NCBI GenBank assembly: GCA_000493965.1
Contig: AWNV01000001.1
Location: forward strand, 41,167-105,166
DNA: 64,000 nucleotides
Source of the DNA: Candidatus Aminicenans sakinawicola JGI OTU-1
Lineage (GTDB): Bacteria > Acidobacteriota > Aminicenantia > Aminicenantales > Aminicenantaceae
Direction: 5' to 3'
Part shown: piece by piece, positions 30,554 to 40,702 of the stretch
Layout of the letters: each line of letters begins with the position of its first letter
Numbering within the stretch: the stretch's first letter is position 1
Notes under the pieces: generated by a model
What the model saw: the letters and a program-made list of their open reading frames with translations, nothing else
Database searches by the model: none
What the model was told of the DNA's origin: nothing
Program-made: the position numbers and the translations under genes

Positions 30554-33186
30554 ACATCCGGTTTTCTATTCTTAATGGTTGTAATCAGAAATAGAAAAAA
30601 ATAAGATGCATATGATAGAGCCTTTAAATAGAATGTTATAAAATCAACCTTATGATAAAATTCTACAGTATGAAGACCTGGAGGTAAATTAATCCCCATG
30701 AAACCGCCTTCTAACACTTCTATCTTTCCAGGCACTTTATCTGTTCTTACTTTCCAATATTTATCATTGAACATTTCAAAATATAGAAATCTCCTAAAGC
30801 TTGTGTCTACTTTAATCCGCAGGTAATCTCCTCTAAATTCTTCAATTTTAATATCTCTCAATATTTTTTGGAAGCTTATAACTATTTTTTGCGGTCTATA
30901 ATCCCTGCTTAAGGAAATATTTAGAGTTTTTGCTTTCTCATAGTTTAGTTGGTACTGGCCTGCTTCGTAAAAATCATTATACCAAGTTTCTTTCAGAAGT
31001 TTATTATTGGACATAACCGAGATGTATATCCTGGTATCACTATAGGAATTAGTTGAATAATAATATGGAATTTGAGGATGAACCAGCTTATATATGTTTA
31101 TACCATACCTATCAAGGCTGCGGTGCAACTTAAATGCGGAAAAAGGGAAAGTCAAAACAGTCTCATCTTTTTCAGGATAGTAAATATGATCCAAAAAACT
31201 GCTTAAGTCAATATACTCTTGGTGGATTATTTTCTTATAGAAAGCATTCATAATTTCTTTATTTTTTACCAAACCGATTATCGGCTTATGCAATACCTTT
31301 TTTTTGATCTCTGCGTCAGGGATAGCATCTATACCTTTATAGAAAGGGAGCAGTTTTTTGTATGTTAGATCAACTAGATTCAATTCCGAAAACACCTTGC
31401 TGTATACAGTAAGATATCCCCTACATGTATCTATACGGTACTGCTTTGATAAATAACTAATAAAGGGTTCGAAGGAAGTATCTCGTGGCAACGAACTATC
31501 TTCCTTTCTTAATGGAGGAAGAGAGTATGGCTTCCAATAATCGACTTTGCGGTAGTAGTTACTTGTGTAATAGTAGTTCATCATTAGTTGAGAGAAGATG
31601 AGCATACCGAGAATCGGAAGTAGCATGTTTTTTCTCCATTTTTTATTTATGTTTGACTCTATAAAATACATGGCTAGAATCATCAGTATTAGCAACCCAA
31701 ATATCTGTATCAAAAAGGTGATCCAATTACCTGAATTCGAGCCGAGGATAATCAGAGTGAAGGAAGTGAAGCGATGTATATATCTCTGGGAGAGTGGACC
31801 TGCAAGGAAGGGAACAAGAATAAAAATAATCAATACCAAACTATATATTCTAGATTTCTTCGTTAAAATCTTCCCTGTTTTACGCAAATTATCAAAAATA
31901 CTATTTATCCCATATCCAATTAACACGATCAATGGTAATGCTGCATAATCAAATAAATAATTAATCCACCGTGTCTTTCTGAAAATTTCAAGTTGATAAA
32001 ACAATTTATATAGCCATGATTCACTTCCCATGCCGATATAAAATAACAATAGGAATAGAGACAAAAATAAATACTTTAATTTATTTTTTGAGAAGAGCAG
32101 GGCCATGCCAATAAAAAAAAGGCCTATGGATCCAATATAGGCACTCTGAGCCATTCTATCGTAGCCTTGTGTCTCTACAGGGTAGACATACTGCACTATG
32201 TCTTGTGGTTTGTAATCTACTGCCTCAGAAAGCAGAATGTATTGTCTATCGCTCCCTCCCCAACTCATGGGATTTGTATAAAAATCACTGAGGGATGGTA
32301 ACATTAAAAGCATCGGCAATGAGATTATGAGGAATGAAATAAAAAGGGAAAAAAAGTTAAAAGCATTGCCCTTGATAAAAATTAATGAATCCTTTGTTAT
32401 TTTTTTCAGAATACATACGAAATCATTAGATTTTTTGTATTCTATGATTCTCATAATGAGTAAGTAACTTATCAGGATGAAAACGAAAGTCGTGATATAA
32501 AAAAAGGCATGTATCATCATTCTACCGGAATACAATATCTGGCCAAGCAAAAAACCTTGAATAACATAAATATAAATAGAAGCCTTTTTATTTGATAAAA
32601 ATATTTTGATAAAAAATAGTGAAATCCAAGGAATAAACATAAATGCTGTTAATACATTATGTACTGCTTCAAGAAGGGAGAGTGACCAACCACTGAAGAT
32701 AACAAATAGAAGTGTACAAAACACAACCCTTTTATCTTTAATAAGATGCTTTAATAGAAAATAAAAACCACCTATGAAAATAAAGAAGTAACATAAGTAA
32801 ATAATATATATCTTATAAATTACGTGCACATCTAAATCGACTCCAATTGTCCGGAAAAAACGCATTATTTGCAGATAGCCCAAGAAGATAGGTGAATTGA
32901 TACAGTTTATATAAGAATACATAAGGAAGTTATGACCACCTATCACATAAGGTTCCCACGTTGGAATTTTTCCATAATTCATAAAATAACTTATTTGAAA
33001 TGAGAAAGTACCATAGTCATTGGTAGCATCAGCGAATTCAAGCCGATTGAAGTGATTTGAACCGATAAAGAAGTGATAGACAAGCAGTAAGAAAATAAGT
33101 GGAACAAGTTTCCTTGCGGTCTTGGTGAATTGCTCCTTAATTTTCCTCAATTTCTCTCGGCTGACATTTTTGGATGAGTGTATCAC
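30529..33186 (-). CDS. YfhO-family large polytopic membrane protein (GT-C-like)
   Basis: 885 aa with more than 15 TM helices; N-terminal ..YGKIPTWEPYVIGGHNFLMYS.. resembles the YfhO signature (PLWNPYIFGG.P); a large extracytoplasmic C-terminal domain. Confidence 0.55.
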   Translation of the reverse strand: MIHSSKNVSREKLRKIKEQFTKTARKLVPLIFLLLVYHFFIGSNHFNRLEFADATNDYGTFSFQISYFMNYGKIPTWEPYVIGGHNFLMYSYINCINSPIFLGYLQIMRFFRTIGVDLDVHVIYKIYIIYLCYFFIFIGGFYFLLKHLIKDKRVVFCTLLFVIFSGWSLSLLEAVHNVLTAFMFIPWISLFFIKIFLSNKKASIYIYVIQGFLLGQILYSGRMMIHAFFYITTFVFILISYLLIMRIIEYKKSNDFVCILKKITKDSLIFIKGNAFNFFSLFISFLIISLPMLLMLPSLSDFYTNPMSWGGSDRQYILLSEAVDYKPQDIVQYVYPVETQGYDRMAQSAYIGSIGLFFIGMALLFSKNKLKYLFLSLFLLLFYIGMGSESWLYKLFYQLEIFRKTRWINYLFDYAALPLIVLIGYGINSIFDNLRKTGKILTKKSRIYSLVLIIFILVPFLAGPLSQRYIHRFTSFTLIILGSNSGNWITFLIQIFGLLILMILAMYFIESNINKKWRKNMLLPILGMLIFSQLMMNYYYTSNYYRKVDYWKPYSLPPLRKEDSSLPRDTSFEPFISYLSKQYRIDTCRGYLTVYSKVFSELNLVDLTYKKLLPFYKGIDAIPDAEIKKKVLHKPIIGLVKNKEIMNAFYKKIIHQEYIDLSSFLDHIYYPEKDETVLTFPFSAFKLHRSLDRYGINIYKLVHPQIPYYYSTNSYSDTRIYISVMSNNKLLKETWYNDFYEAGQYQLNYEKAKTLNISLSRDYRPQKIVISFQKILRDIKIEEFRGDYLRIKVDTSFRRFLYFEMFNDKYWKVRTDKVPGKIEVLEGGFMGINLPPGLHTVEFYHKVDFITFYLKALSYASYFFLFLITTIKNRKPDVYFTVKSN

Positions 33187-33392
33187 ACGAAAAACGACTT
33201 AGGCAACTACTTTATAATGCAACATACAAAGTAATAGTTACTTTAGCAGCCATTTTAAAGCTTGATTGAGAATCTGAATTTATATTACGATGATAGTGCG
33301 AACTTGTCGCTCAAAAAATCATCTGAGAAATCAAAAACCATTTGTCGACGCACAGAAAATTAATTTGATTCCAATGTGGTTTTCATTTTAAA

Positions 33393-34199
33393 ATGAGGGG
33401 GCAAAGAAAATCTTTCATGGCTAAAGATGGCAATATATCTTATTCTCGGAAAGGGAAACATAAGTACTTAGAGGAAATAAATGATGCCATCTTGAGGCAG
33501 ATCCCAATTAATACGACGCACAATAAACGTATGGTGTTGGATGTTGGTTGTGGTATGGGCGCCCTTGCTGAGGCGATACAGAATAAAGGTTATATTGTAT
33601 GGGGTATAGACTTAAACGAAGAGGCAACCCAAATAGCCGCAAAGCGAATTGAAAAAATTATCAATGTTGATTTAACGGACATCACTTCTATAAAAGCAGA
33701 AATAGGAAATCAATGTTTTGACTATTTAGTTTTTGCCGATATTTTAGAACATATCTATGACCCTTCGAATATCCTAAAGGAGTATTTAGCACTTTTAAGA
33801 AATGGGGGTTATGTCCTAGTTTCTTTACCAAATACAGTAGCATGGACCAATAGAATTAAGTTCTTATTAGGTAAATTTGAATATGCCGACACAGGCATTA
33901 TGGATAGGGATCACATAAGGTTTTTTACATTTAAAACTGCAAAACGCCTAGTAACTTCTGCTGGGTGTTCCGTCATCAAGGTTGATTATATACCCTATTT
34001 TGTTAGAATTGCCCAGCCAATATTCAAAAAGATTCTTTTAAAAGGTAAAAAAGCAGAGGATACTGACAGGCGGCAATTACTAGACTCTCCATATTATAAA
34101 TGGTATATGAAATATATAAATCCCATAGAGTATTTTTTAGGTTACTTTTGTAAATCTTTATTTGCTTTTAAAATGATAATTGTAGGTAAAAAATTATAA
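33393..34199 (+). CDS. Class I SAM-dependent methyltransferase
   Basis: MVLDVGCGMGALAEAI motif I and ..FDYLVFADILEHI.. motif II; an alternative ATG start at 33417. Confidence 0.7.
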   Translation: MRGQRKSFMAKDGNISYSRKGKHKYLEEINDAILRQIPINTTHNKRMVLDVGCGMGALAEAIQNKGYIVWGIDLNEEATQIAAKRIEKIINVDLTDITSIKAEIGNQCFDYLVFADILEHIYDPSNILKEYLALLRNGGYVLVSLPNTVAWTNRIKFLLGKFEYADTGIMDRDHIRFFTFKTAKRLVTSAGCSVIKVDYIPYFVRIAQPIFKKILLKGKKAEDTDRRQLLDSPYYKWYMKYINPIEYFLGYFCKSLFAFKMIIVGKKL

Positions 34200-34207
34200 A
34201 ATCAGAG

Positions 34208-34972
34208 TTGTTTATGGATGCTAAACTTCATATAAATGAAGAAGTCGATGATTCTGTAAGTGTTATCATTAGTGCTTATAATGAGGTTGAGACTATTGAA
34301 CAGGAAATTCGTTCTTACTATAAAACAGTTGTGTCACAAATTCCCGGATCAGAGTTAATTGTGGCTGAAGATGGTAGTACCGATGGAACAAAACAAATTA
34401 TATCTCGTCTTGTGAATGAGCTCAATATTATCCATTCTACCGCTATGGTACGTAAAGGCTACGCGCTTGCATTACGAGATGCTGTCAATTTAACAAAATG
34501 TCCTTATATTTTCCTAAGCGATGCAGGTAATAAACACAATCCTAAAGATTTTTGGAGACTTTATCCATTCCGTAATGAATTTGGACATGTCATTGGAATA
34601 AAAAGTAATCGTACAGATCAATTGTATAGGCAATTTCTTACTTGGGGCTACAATAAATTTATATCTTTTTACTTTGGCATTAAAGTTAGGGATGCTGATA
34701 GCGGATTTCATATTTTAAAACAAGAAATAGCAAAAAAAGTTTTTAATGAAGAGTGGATCAATAAAGATCTCATAGCTTCAGAGATAACATTGCGAATTAT
34801 ATATAGTGGTGTTCCAGTAAAAGAAGTGCCAATTTCTTATGGTCAAAGAAAAGGAGAATCACGAGGATTGCCGCTGAACAGGATACCAGGTGTTATTTTA
34901 AGAGTTTTATATAATTTTTCTAAGCTTAAAAGAACATTATCAGATCCAAGCTATAAAAAGTCATATGAATAA
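34208..34972 (+). CDS. GT2 polyprenyl-phosphate glycosyltransferase (DPM1/GtrB-like)
   Basis: VSVIISAYNEVETIEQEI..LIVAEDGSTDGT; small soluble GT-A lying directly upstream of a GT-C protein. Confidence 0.7.
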   Translation: MFMDAKLHINEEVDDSVSVIISAYNEVETIEQEIRSYYKTVVSQIPGSELIVAEDGSTDGTKQIISRLVNELNIIHSTAMVRKGYALALRDAVNLTKCPYIFLSDAGNKHNPKDFWRLYPFRNEFGHVIGIKSNRTDQLYRQFLTWGYNKFISFYFGIKVRDADSGFHILKQEIAKKVFNEEWINKDLIASEITLRIIYSGVPVKEVPISYGQRKGESRGLPLNRIPGVILRVLYNFSKLKRTLSDPSYKKSYE

Positions 34973-36526
34973 TTGACATTAATAGAGTTGCAGATGAAGA
35001 ACAAATTTCTTTGTTTAATTATAGTTCTAGTCTTATTTATTGTCGCAATATATATTTTTCTTCCTATTAATCCATCAATCAAATACTGGTTAGATACTGA
35101 TGGAACTGGTTTTTTTTACATTGGGCAGCTAATACTAGATGGAAAAGCACCTTATGTTGATGTTTGGGATCATAAGCCACCAGGAATTCACTTTATTTAT
35201 GCTTTGGCAATATTACTTGGTAATGGTAGATGGGGTATATGGTTTTTGGGAATGATAAGTTTGTTTGTCTCATCACTTTTGGGATTTAAATTGATATTGA
35301 GATTTTACGGTATATTTCCTGCAATGAGTGCCACAATAATGTATTTTTCTGGATTTAATATACTGCGGAAGGGGGCTGATTATCCTGAAGTATTCGTATT
35401 ACCTCTTCAATTCGCTATCCTATATCTATTTATAAGCTCTGAACGCAAAAAATCCTTTTCTTTCAAGTATATGGCTATTGGTTTCATATCTGCTTTATGT
35501 TTTATCCTCAAACAAACATTGATTGGAATACCTTTATCTGTATTGATTTATTGGTTTTTTGTAAATAAGTCCTACAAAGATTTGTCCACGGTTATGGTTC
35601 GTATAGCTGGATTTTTCATAGGATTTGTATTTGGATTACTACCTGTATTCAGCTATTTAATTTACAAAGGTGCTATGAAGAGTTTTTGGAATAATACTGT
35701 CATATACAATATTTCGTACGTCGGGACATCAGTTTTAGATAAGGTTAGATCAATTTATAGACTTTTAAGATCATTAACCGATTCCTTTTTGCCAGTTCTG
35801 GCAATCCCTACATGGTTTGTCTCAATTATAACTTTAGGACGTCGTAAAGAACTTGATAAATCAGAGAAATTACCGCTAATTTATCTGATTCTTATAAGTT
35901 TACCTGTAGAGATATTTTTGGCTGGTATTAGTGGAAGAACATTTAAACATTATTTTTTGCCATTATTACCTACCTTGATGATACTTGCAGGATTCTTTTT
36001 CTACAAAGTACTTTCATTTGATAAAACGCAATTATTAACAAAAGGTATTAAAGAAAGAGGTATCTTTTTTAAAATTTGGATGGTTTCATTTATAACATTA
36101 TTCATTTTAGTATATCTAATTAGAGGAAATATTGGTGAGATTCATGATCGTGCTGCCAAATATAATCAATATGACAAGAAGTACGGTCAGTTAATCAAAT
36201 ATATAGAAAAAACCACAAGTTTAGATGATTACATTTGTTTTTTGGGGGAAAGAGTAACGTTTAATAACATAACCGGGAGGAAGTATCCAACTCGATTTAT
36301 TAATTATTTTGAGAGACACAAGGAAGAATTTATGGATGATTTGAGAACAAATAAACCTGAATTAATTGTTTTTAATAAGAAACCATATTGGGGATGGGGA
36401 CTTTGGGGAGAATTTCCCTCTGAATTAATGGAAACATTAAAACCCTACTTAGATTTAAATTATATTCAAATTAAGCCTCTGAGTCTAAATGATTTTGCCA
36501 TTTTTAGGTTAAGGCTAGAGAAATAA
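34973..36526 (+). CDS. GT-C glycosyltransferase, ArnT/PMT-like (GT39/GT83-type)
   Basis: Polytopic protein; first periplasmic loop carries ..YVDVWDHKPPGIHFIYA.. (a DxD..KPP motif typical of ArnT/PMT). Confidence 0.65.
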   Translation: MTLIELQMKNKFLCLIIVLVLFIVAIYIFLPINPSIKYWLDTDGTGFFYIGQLILDGKAPYVDVWDHKPPGIHFIYALAILLGNGRWGIWFLGMISLFVSSLLGFKLILRFYGIFPAMSATIMYFSGFNILRKGADYPEVFVLPLQFAILYLFISSERKKSFSFKYMAIGFISALCFILKQTLIGIPLSVLIYWFFVNKSYKDLSTVMVRIAGFFIGFVFGLLPVFSYLIYKGAMKSFWNNTVIYNISYVGTSVLDKVRSIYRLLRSLTDSFLPVLAIPTWFVSIITLGRRKELDKSEKLPLIYLILISLPVEIFLAGISGRTFKHYFLPLLPTLMILAGFFFYKVLSFDKTQLLTKGIKERGIFFKIWMVSFITLFILVYLIRGNIGEIHDRAAKYNQYDKKYGQLIKYIEKTTSLDDYICFLGERVTFNNITGRKYPTRFINYFERHKEEFMDDLRTNKPELIVFNKKPYWGWGLWGEFPSELMETLKPYLDLNYIQIKPLSLNDFAIFRLRLEK

Positions 36527-36587
36527 TATATATAGACAGTGAAGTTACTTATTAATTAGCTGAATTTTTTATAAAAGGGAAAGATAA

Positions 36588-37532
36588 ATGAAAATATTTA
36601 TTGCTGGAGGAGCTGGCTTTATTGGAAATTATACTACAGAATTTCTTTTAAGTGATAAAGAGAATAAAATCATAATCTTTGATAATTTTTCATCTCCTGG
36701 TTCGAGAAAGAACTTAGCCCATTTTAAAAACAATAACTTTTTAAAGATAATTGAAGGTGACATACAGAATTTGGAACTATTAGCCAAATCAATGAAAGGA
36801 TGCGAGAGAGTATATCATTATGCATCAAATCCAGATATAGCAAAAAGCATGACTCAGCCAGATTTAGATTTTTATCAAGGTACCCTTTTAACACAAAATA
36901 TTTTAGAGGCAATGCGAATCAATAATATAAAAATTATTATATATACTTCGGGAAGTGGAATTTACGGCGATCAGGGAGAGATGCCTATAGGGGAAGATTT
37001 TGCCCCTATGCTTCCTGTATCAACTTATGGAGCAAGTAAGCTAGCTTCTGAATCTCTAATTTCAGCTTATTGTCATATGTTCAATATGAATGCTTATGTT
37101 TTTCGGCCAGCAAACGTTGTCGGGAAGCGTCAAACTCATGGGGTTGCTTATGATTTTATAAAAAAGCTTAGAGCAAATCCTCACAAGTTAGAAATATTAG
37201 GTGATGGCTCTCAGAGTAAGTCTTATATTTACGTCAAAGATTTAATTGATGCTATCCATTATGTGATGGAAAATGATCATGATTTATTCAATTATTATAA
37301 TGTAGCTACTGATGATTATATTGATGTAAAAAGGATAGCTGAGATTGTAATTGAAGAGATGGGATTGAAAAATGTTAGTCTTTTATTTGGTCCTGAAAAA
37401 AGAGGCTGGAAAGGAGATGTCCCCATAGTCAGATTTAGTCTGGATAAAATTCATAAATTAGGCTGGTTTGCTAAGATGAGCAGTGAGGAAGCTGTAAGCC
37501 GCTCTGTTTCTGAAATGTTAAGCTGTACCTGA
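36588..37532 (+). CDS. NAD-dependent epimerase/dehydratase (UDP-hexose 4-epimerase-like SDR) no. 4
   Basis: MKIFIAGGAGFIGNYT; YGASK. Confidence 0.75.
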   Translation: MKIFIAGGAGFIGNYTTEFLLSDKENKIIIFDNFSSPGSRKNLAHFKNNNFLKIIEGDIQNLELLAKSMKGCERVYHYASNPDIAKSMTQPDLDFYQGTLLTQNILEAMRINNIKIIIYTSGSGIYGDQGEMPIGEDFAPMLPVSTYGASKLASESLISAYCHMFNMNAYVFRPANVVGKRQTHGVAYDFIKKLRANPHKLEILGDGSQSKSYIYVKDLIDAIHYVMENDHDLFNYYNVATDDYIDVKRIAEIVIEEMGLKNVSLLFGPEKRGWKGDVPIVRFSLDKIHKLGWFAKMSSEEAVSRSVSEMLSCT

Positions 37533-37540
37533 GAAAATAA

Positions 37541-38242
37541 ATGCAAGCAGTCATAATGGCAGGAGGATTGGCTACAAGGATTAGACCTCTAACCAATGAG
37601 ATTCCAAAGTCGTTAGTATCAATCGAAGAAAGACCTTTTTTACAGTATCAAATAGAATTACTTACTTGCTATGGCATAAAAGATATTATTCTGTGTGTGA
37701 GTTACATGGGTAAAAAAATTGAGAACTGTTTTGGTGATGGGAATAAATATAATGCAAGAATAATATATTCATATGAAAAAGAAAAGCTTTTAGGAACTGG
37801 GGGAGCTCTTAAATTAGCTGAAAAAAATCTTAAAGAAAATTTTTTTTTAATATGGGGAGATTCCTATGTTAATTTAAATTATAAAGAAATGCATGACTTT
37901 CATCTAAAGAATTCTGATAATTTCGATGTCACAATAGCAATTTTTTATAACATAAGAAATTATGATAAAAGTAATATTGTTTATAAGAGTGGAAAAATAA
38001 AAAAATATGAAAAAAATTCAACCGATAAAATGAAATATATCGATGCTGGAGTAATGGTTATAAATAAGAAGTTATTATTAAGAATACCTCCTGGAAAGGT
38101 TTTTCAAATAGAAAATTTATTTACTAAACTAGCAAAAGAAGAGAAAATAAAACCTTTTTTAATAAAAAAAAGATATTATGAGGTAGGGTCATTAAAAGGA
38201 TTAAATCAATTCACAAAATTCGTAAAGAGAAATCAAATTTAA
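37541..38242 (+). CDS. Sugar-1-phosphate nucleotidyltransferase (HddC/RmlA-like NTP_transferase)
   Basis: MQAVIMAGGLATRIRPLTNEIPKSLV N-terminal nucleotide-binding signature; 233 aa. Confidence 0.75.
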   Translation: MQAVIMAGGLATRIRPLTNEIPKSLVSIEERPFLQYQIELLTCYGIKDIILCVSYMGKKIENCFGDGNKYNARIIYSYEKEKLLGTGGALKLAEKNLKENFFLIWGDSYVNLNYKEMHDFHLKNSDNFDVTIAIFYNIRNYDKSNIVYKSGKIKKYEKNSTDKMKYIDAGVMVINKKLLLRIPPGKVFQIENLFTKLAKEEKIKPFLIKKRYYEVGSLKGLNQFTKFVKRNQI

Positions 38243-38262
38243 AAATCCGTTCAGTAAGAATA

Positions 38263-38340
38263 AAGTGCAAAGCTCGTGAAGCAAGATAAAGCTGCTAAGT
38301 GCAGTTTTACTTGCAGTAGTGTTATTTAGAGATTTAGATC
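38263..38340. repeat. Degenerate non-coding copy of the 5' end of the gene at 42769 (direct repeat, left copy)
   Basis: aagtgcaaagctcgtgaagcaagataaagctgctaagtgcagttttacttgcagtagtgttatttagag aligns with 42754-42836 (aatgtgcaaagcccttgaagcgatataaaac..gctgagtgcagttttacttgcagtagtgctatttaaag). The left copy carries a 9-bp deletion and an in-frame stop. Confidence 0.7.
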
Positions 38341-38351
38341 AGATTTTATAG

Positions 38352-39644
38352 ATGAGAATGAAGAGTAAAAAAGAAACTGCAATCTTAGGTGGGGGGCTGG
38401 CAGGTCTTTCAACCGCATATTTCATGAAGGATAACTGCATCGTTCTAGAAGAAAATAACGAATTAGGAGGGTTATGCAGAAGTTTTAAAAAAGATGGTTT
38501 TGTATATGATATAGGAGGACATATTCTTTTTTCTAAGAATAAAAAGATATTGTCAGAAATAGTAAGCTGGTTGAGAAATAATGTTCGAAGAAAGTACCGA
38601 AAGAATCAAGTCTGGTATAAGGATAGATTTGTGAAATATCCGTTTGAAAATGGACTTTATTCTTTAGATAAAAAAGAAATATATGATTGTTTAATAGGTT
38701 ATCTGATAAATGAGAATAAAGAACCTAAGAACTTAGAGGAATGGTGTAAATATACTTTTGGCAATGGAATAGCGGAAAAATACTTGATCCCTTATAACGA
38801 AAAGATTTGGAAACATGATTTAGAAGACATGTCAACTCATTGGGTTGAGAGAATTCCGAAGCCTCCAATGAAAGATATAATAAAATCTGCAATTGGAATA
38901 AGGACAGAAGGATACAGACATCAACTTTATTTTTATTACCCAAAAATTGGTGGAATAAATTCACTTATCAATTTTTTAAAAAATAATGTAAAGAATATAG
39001 AAAAAGGATTTAAAGTAACAGGAATAAAAAAGAAGAATAACAAATGGAAAGTTTCAAACGGTAGTAAAATAAAAGAATTTGATCGCATTATTTCTACAAT
39101 CCCAGTCTTTGATTTAATCAGTTGTTTAGATGGAGTTCCTGCTGAGGTAAAAGGAGCTCTCAAGAGACTAAATTATAATTCTTTGATTGTTGTCATGATT
39201 GGAATTAAAAATGAAACATTTAATAATAAAACAGCTATCTATATACCTGACCGTAATATTTTGCCTCATAGAGTATGCTTTATGAAATATTTCTCTAATA
39301 AAAATGCTCCTGAAGGCTGCTCTCATTTAATAGCTGAAATTACAGTTAAACCCAATGATGCTTTATTAAAGATAAATGATAGCACTATTGTCGAAAAAGT
39401 ATCCTGTCAATTGGAAAGAATTTGTGGATTTTCAAAGAATGAAATAATTTCTACTGATATACAAAGAATAAAATATGCATATGTGATATATGATAAAGAT
39501 TATTCAAAAAACACAGACATTGTTTTTGGTTATTTAAACGATCTTGGAATATATTGCACAGGAAGATTTGGTGCTTTTCAATACATCAACATGGACACTT
39601 GCGTAGAAATGTCAAAAAGATTAGTTCGATCTTTGAATAATTAG
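38352..39644 (+). CDS. UDP-galactopyranose-mutase-like FAD enzyme, paralog 2
   Basis: ILGGGLAGLSTAY..ELGGLCRSF..DIGGHILFSK and C-terminal CTGRFGAFQYINMDTCVEMSKRL (compare Glf GGRLAEYKYYDMHQVI). Confidence 0.65.
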   Translation: MRMKSKKETAILGGGLAGLSTAYFMKDNCIVLEENNELGGLCRSFKKDGFVYDIGGHILFSKNKKILSEIVSWLRNNVRRKYRKNQVWYKDRFVKYPFENGLYSLDKKEIYDCLIGYLINENKEPKNLEEWCKYTFGNGIAEKYLIPYNEKIWKHDLEDMSTHWVERIPKPPMKDIIKSAIGIRTEGYRHQLYFYYPKIGGINSLINFLKNNVKNIEKGFKVTGIKKKNNKWKVSNGSKIKEFDRIISTIPVFDLISCLDGVPAEVKGALKRLNYNSLIVVMIGIKNETFNNKTAIYIPDRNILPHRVCFMKYFSNKNAPEGCSHLIAEITVKPNDALLKINDSTIVEKVSCQLERICGFSKNEIISTDIQRIKYAYVIYDKDYSKNTDIVFGYLNDLGIYCTGRFGAFQYINMDTCVEMSKRLVRSLNN

Positions 39645-39692
39645 AAATTAAATAAAATCCGTGTAAGAAATTTTTCTTAACTGAGGGGTAAT

Positions 39693-40694
39693 ATGATTAT
39701 AACAAGAACACCTTTTAGATTTACTCTTGGAGGAGGAGGGACTGATCTACCATCATATTATTCAAAGTATGGAGGTTTTATTTTTGCAGCTGGAATCAAC
39801 AAGTATATGTTTATCAACGTTAACCGCACTATTGTGGATAATTTAGTTCGGGTTAAGTATTCTAAATCAGAGACAGTGACTCATAGAGACGAATTAAAGC
39901 ACCCCATTGCAAAGGAAGCAATGAGGATGACTGAAATTGAAAATTCTTTGGAAATTGTTTCGATAGCTGACATACCTGCTGGAACAGGCTTGGGTTCTTC
40001 AAGTTGTTATGCCGTAGGACTTCTCAATGCTCTTCACACCATGAAAAGGGAATACATTCCACTCCATGAGCTTGCTGAGGAAGCTTGTGACCTTGAGATA
40101 AATAGACTTGGGGAACCTATTGGAAAACAGGATCAATACATGGCTGCCTTCGGGGGGTTGACAGTATTGGACATCAAAAAGGATGGCAATGTGTATGTTA
40201 GGTCAGCAAAATTAGAGGATTCATCCATGGATGATTTAAACAGGAATCTCCTCATGTTTTACACCAACACAACTCGCAGTGCAAATAAGATACTTTCAGA
40301 GCAGAGTAAAGGGATAAAAGAAAAAAAGGAGAATGTTGTAAAAAGTATGCATTATATAAAAGAGATTGGATATAAGATGCTTGAGGCACTTGAAGGTGGT
40401 AATATCACTGATGTAGGACTACTGTTTGATAAACACTGGCAGTATAAGAAGATGATGTCTACTAAGATTTCAAATCCCTGGTTCGATGAGATTTATGAGA
40501 CTGCCAAGCAAAATGGCGCCCTGGGTGGGAAGATTTCTGGGGCTGGCGGGGGTGGTTTCTTTCTCTTTTATACGGAAGAAAATCATAGTAAATTAAGAGA
40601 AGCCATGAGAAAGTTGAATTTAAGAGAGATGCGGTATAGATTTGATTTAGAAGGAACAAAGGTAATTGTGAATTTTATGGAAGGTGTAAGGTAA
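39693..40694 (+). CDS. GHMP-family sugar kinase (HddA-like D-glycero-D-manno-heptose 7-phosphate kinase or galactokinase-like)
   Basis: MIITRTPFRFTLGGGGTDLPSYY N-terminus, PAGTGLGSSS ATP-binding motif and a C-terminal GAGGGGF motif. Confidence 0.75.
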   Translation: MIITRTPFRFTLGGGGTDLPSYYSKYGGFIFAAGINKYMFINVNRTIVDNLVRVKYSKSETVTHRDELKHPIAKEAMRMTEIENSLEIVSIADIPAGTGLGSSSCYAVGLLNALHTMKREYIPLHELAEEACDLEINRLGEPIGKQDQYMAAFGGLTVLDIKKDGNVYVRSAKLEDSSMDDLNRNLLMFYTNTTRSANKILSEQSKGIKEKKENVVKSMHYIKEIGYKMLEALEGGNITDVGLLFDKHWQYKKMMSTKISNPWFDEIYETAKQNGALGGKISGAGGGGFFLFYTEENHSKLREAMRKLNLREMRYRFDLEGTKVIVNFMEGVR

Positions 40695-40702
40695 TTTTTC
40701 AA

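Noticed and set aside
33187-33392. Possible operator palindromes (gcgaacttgtcgc, gtcgac) in the divergent region between the YfhO-like gene and the methyltransferase gene
   Set aside because: They are short and imperfect. They are indistinguishable from chance in a 200-bp AT-rich spacer without comparative data.
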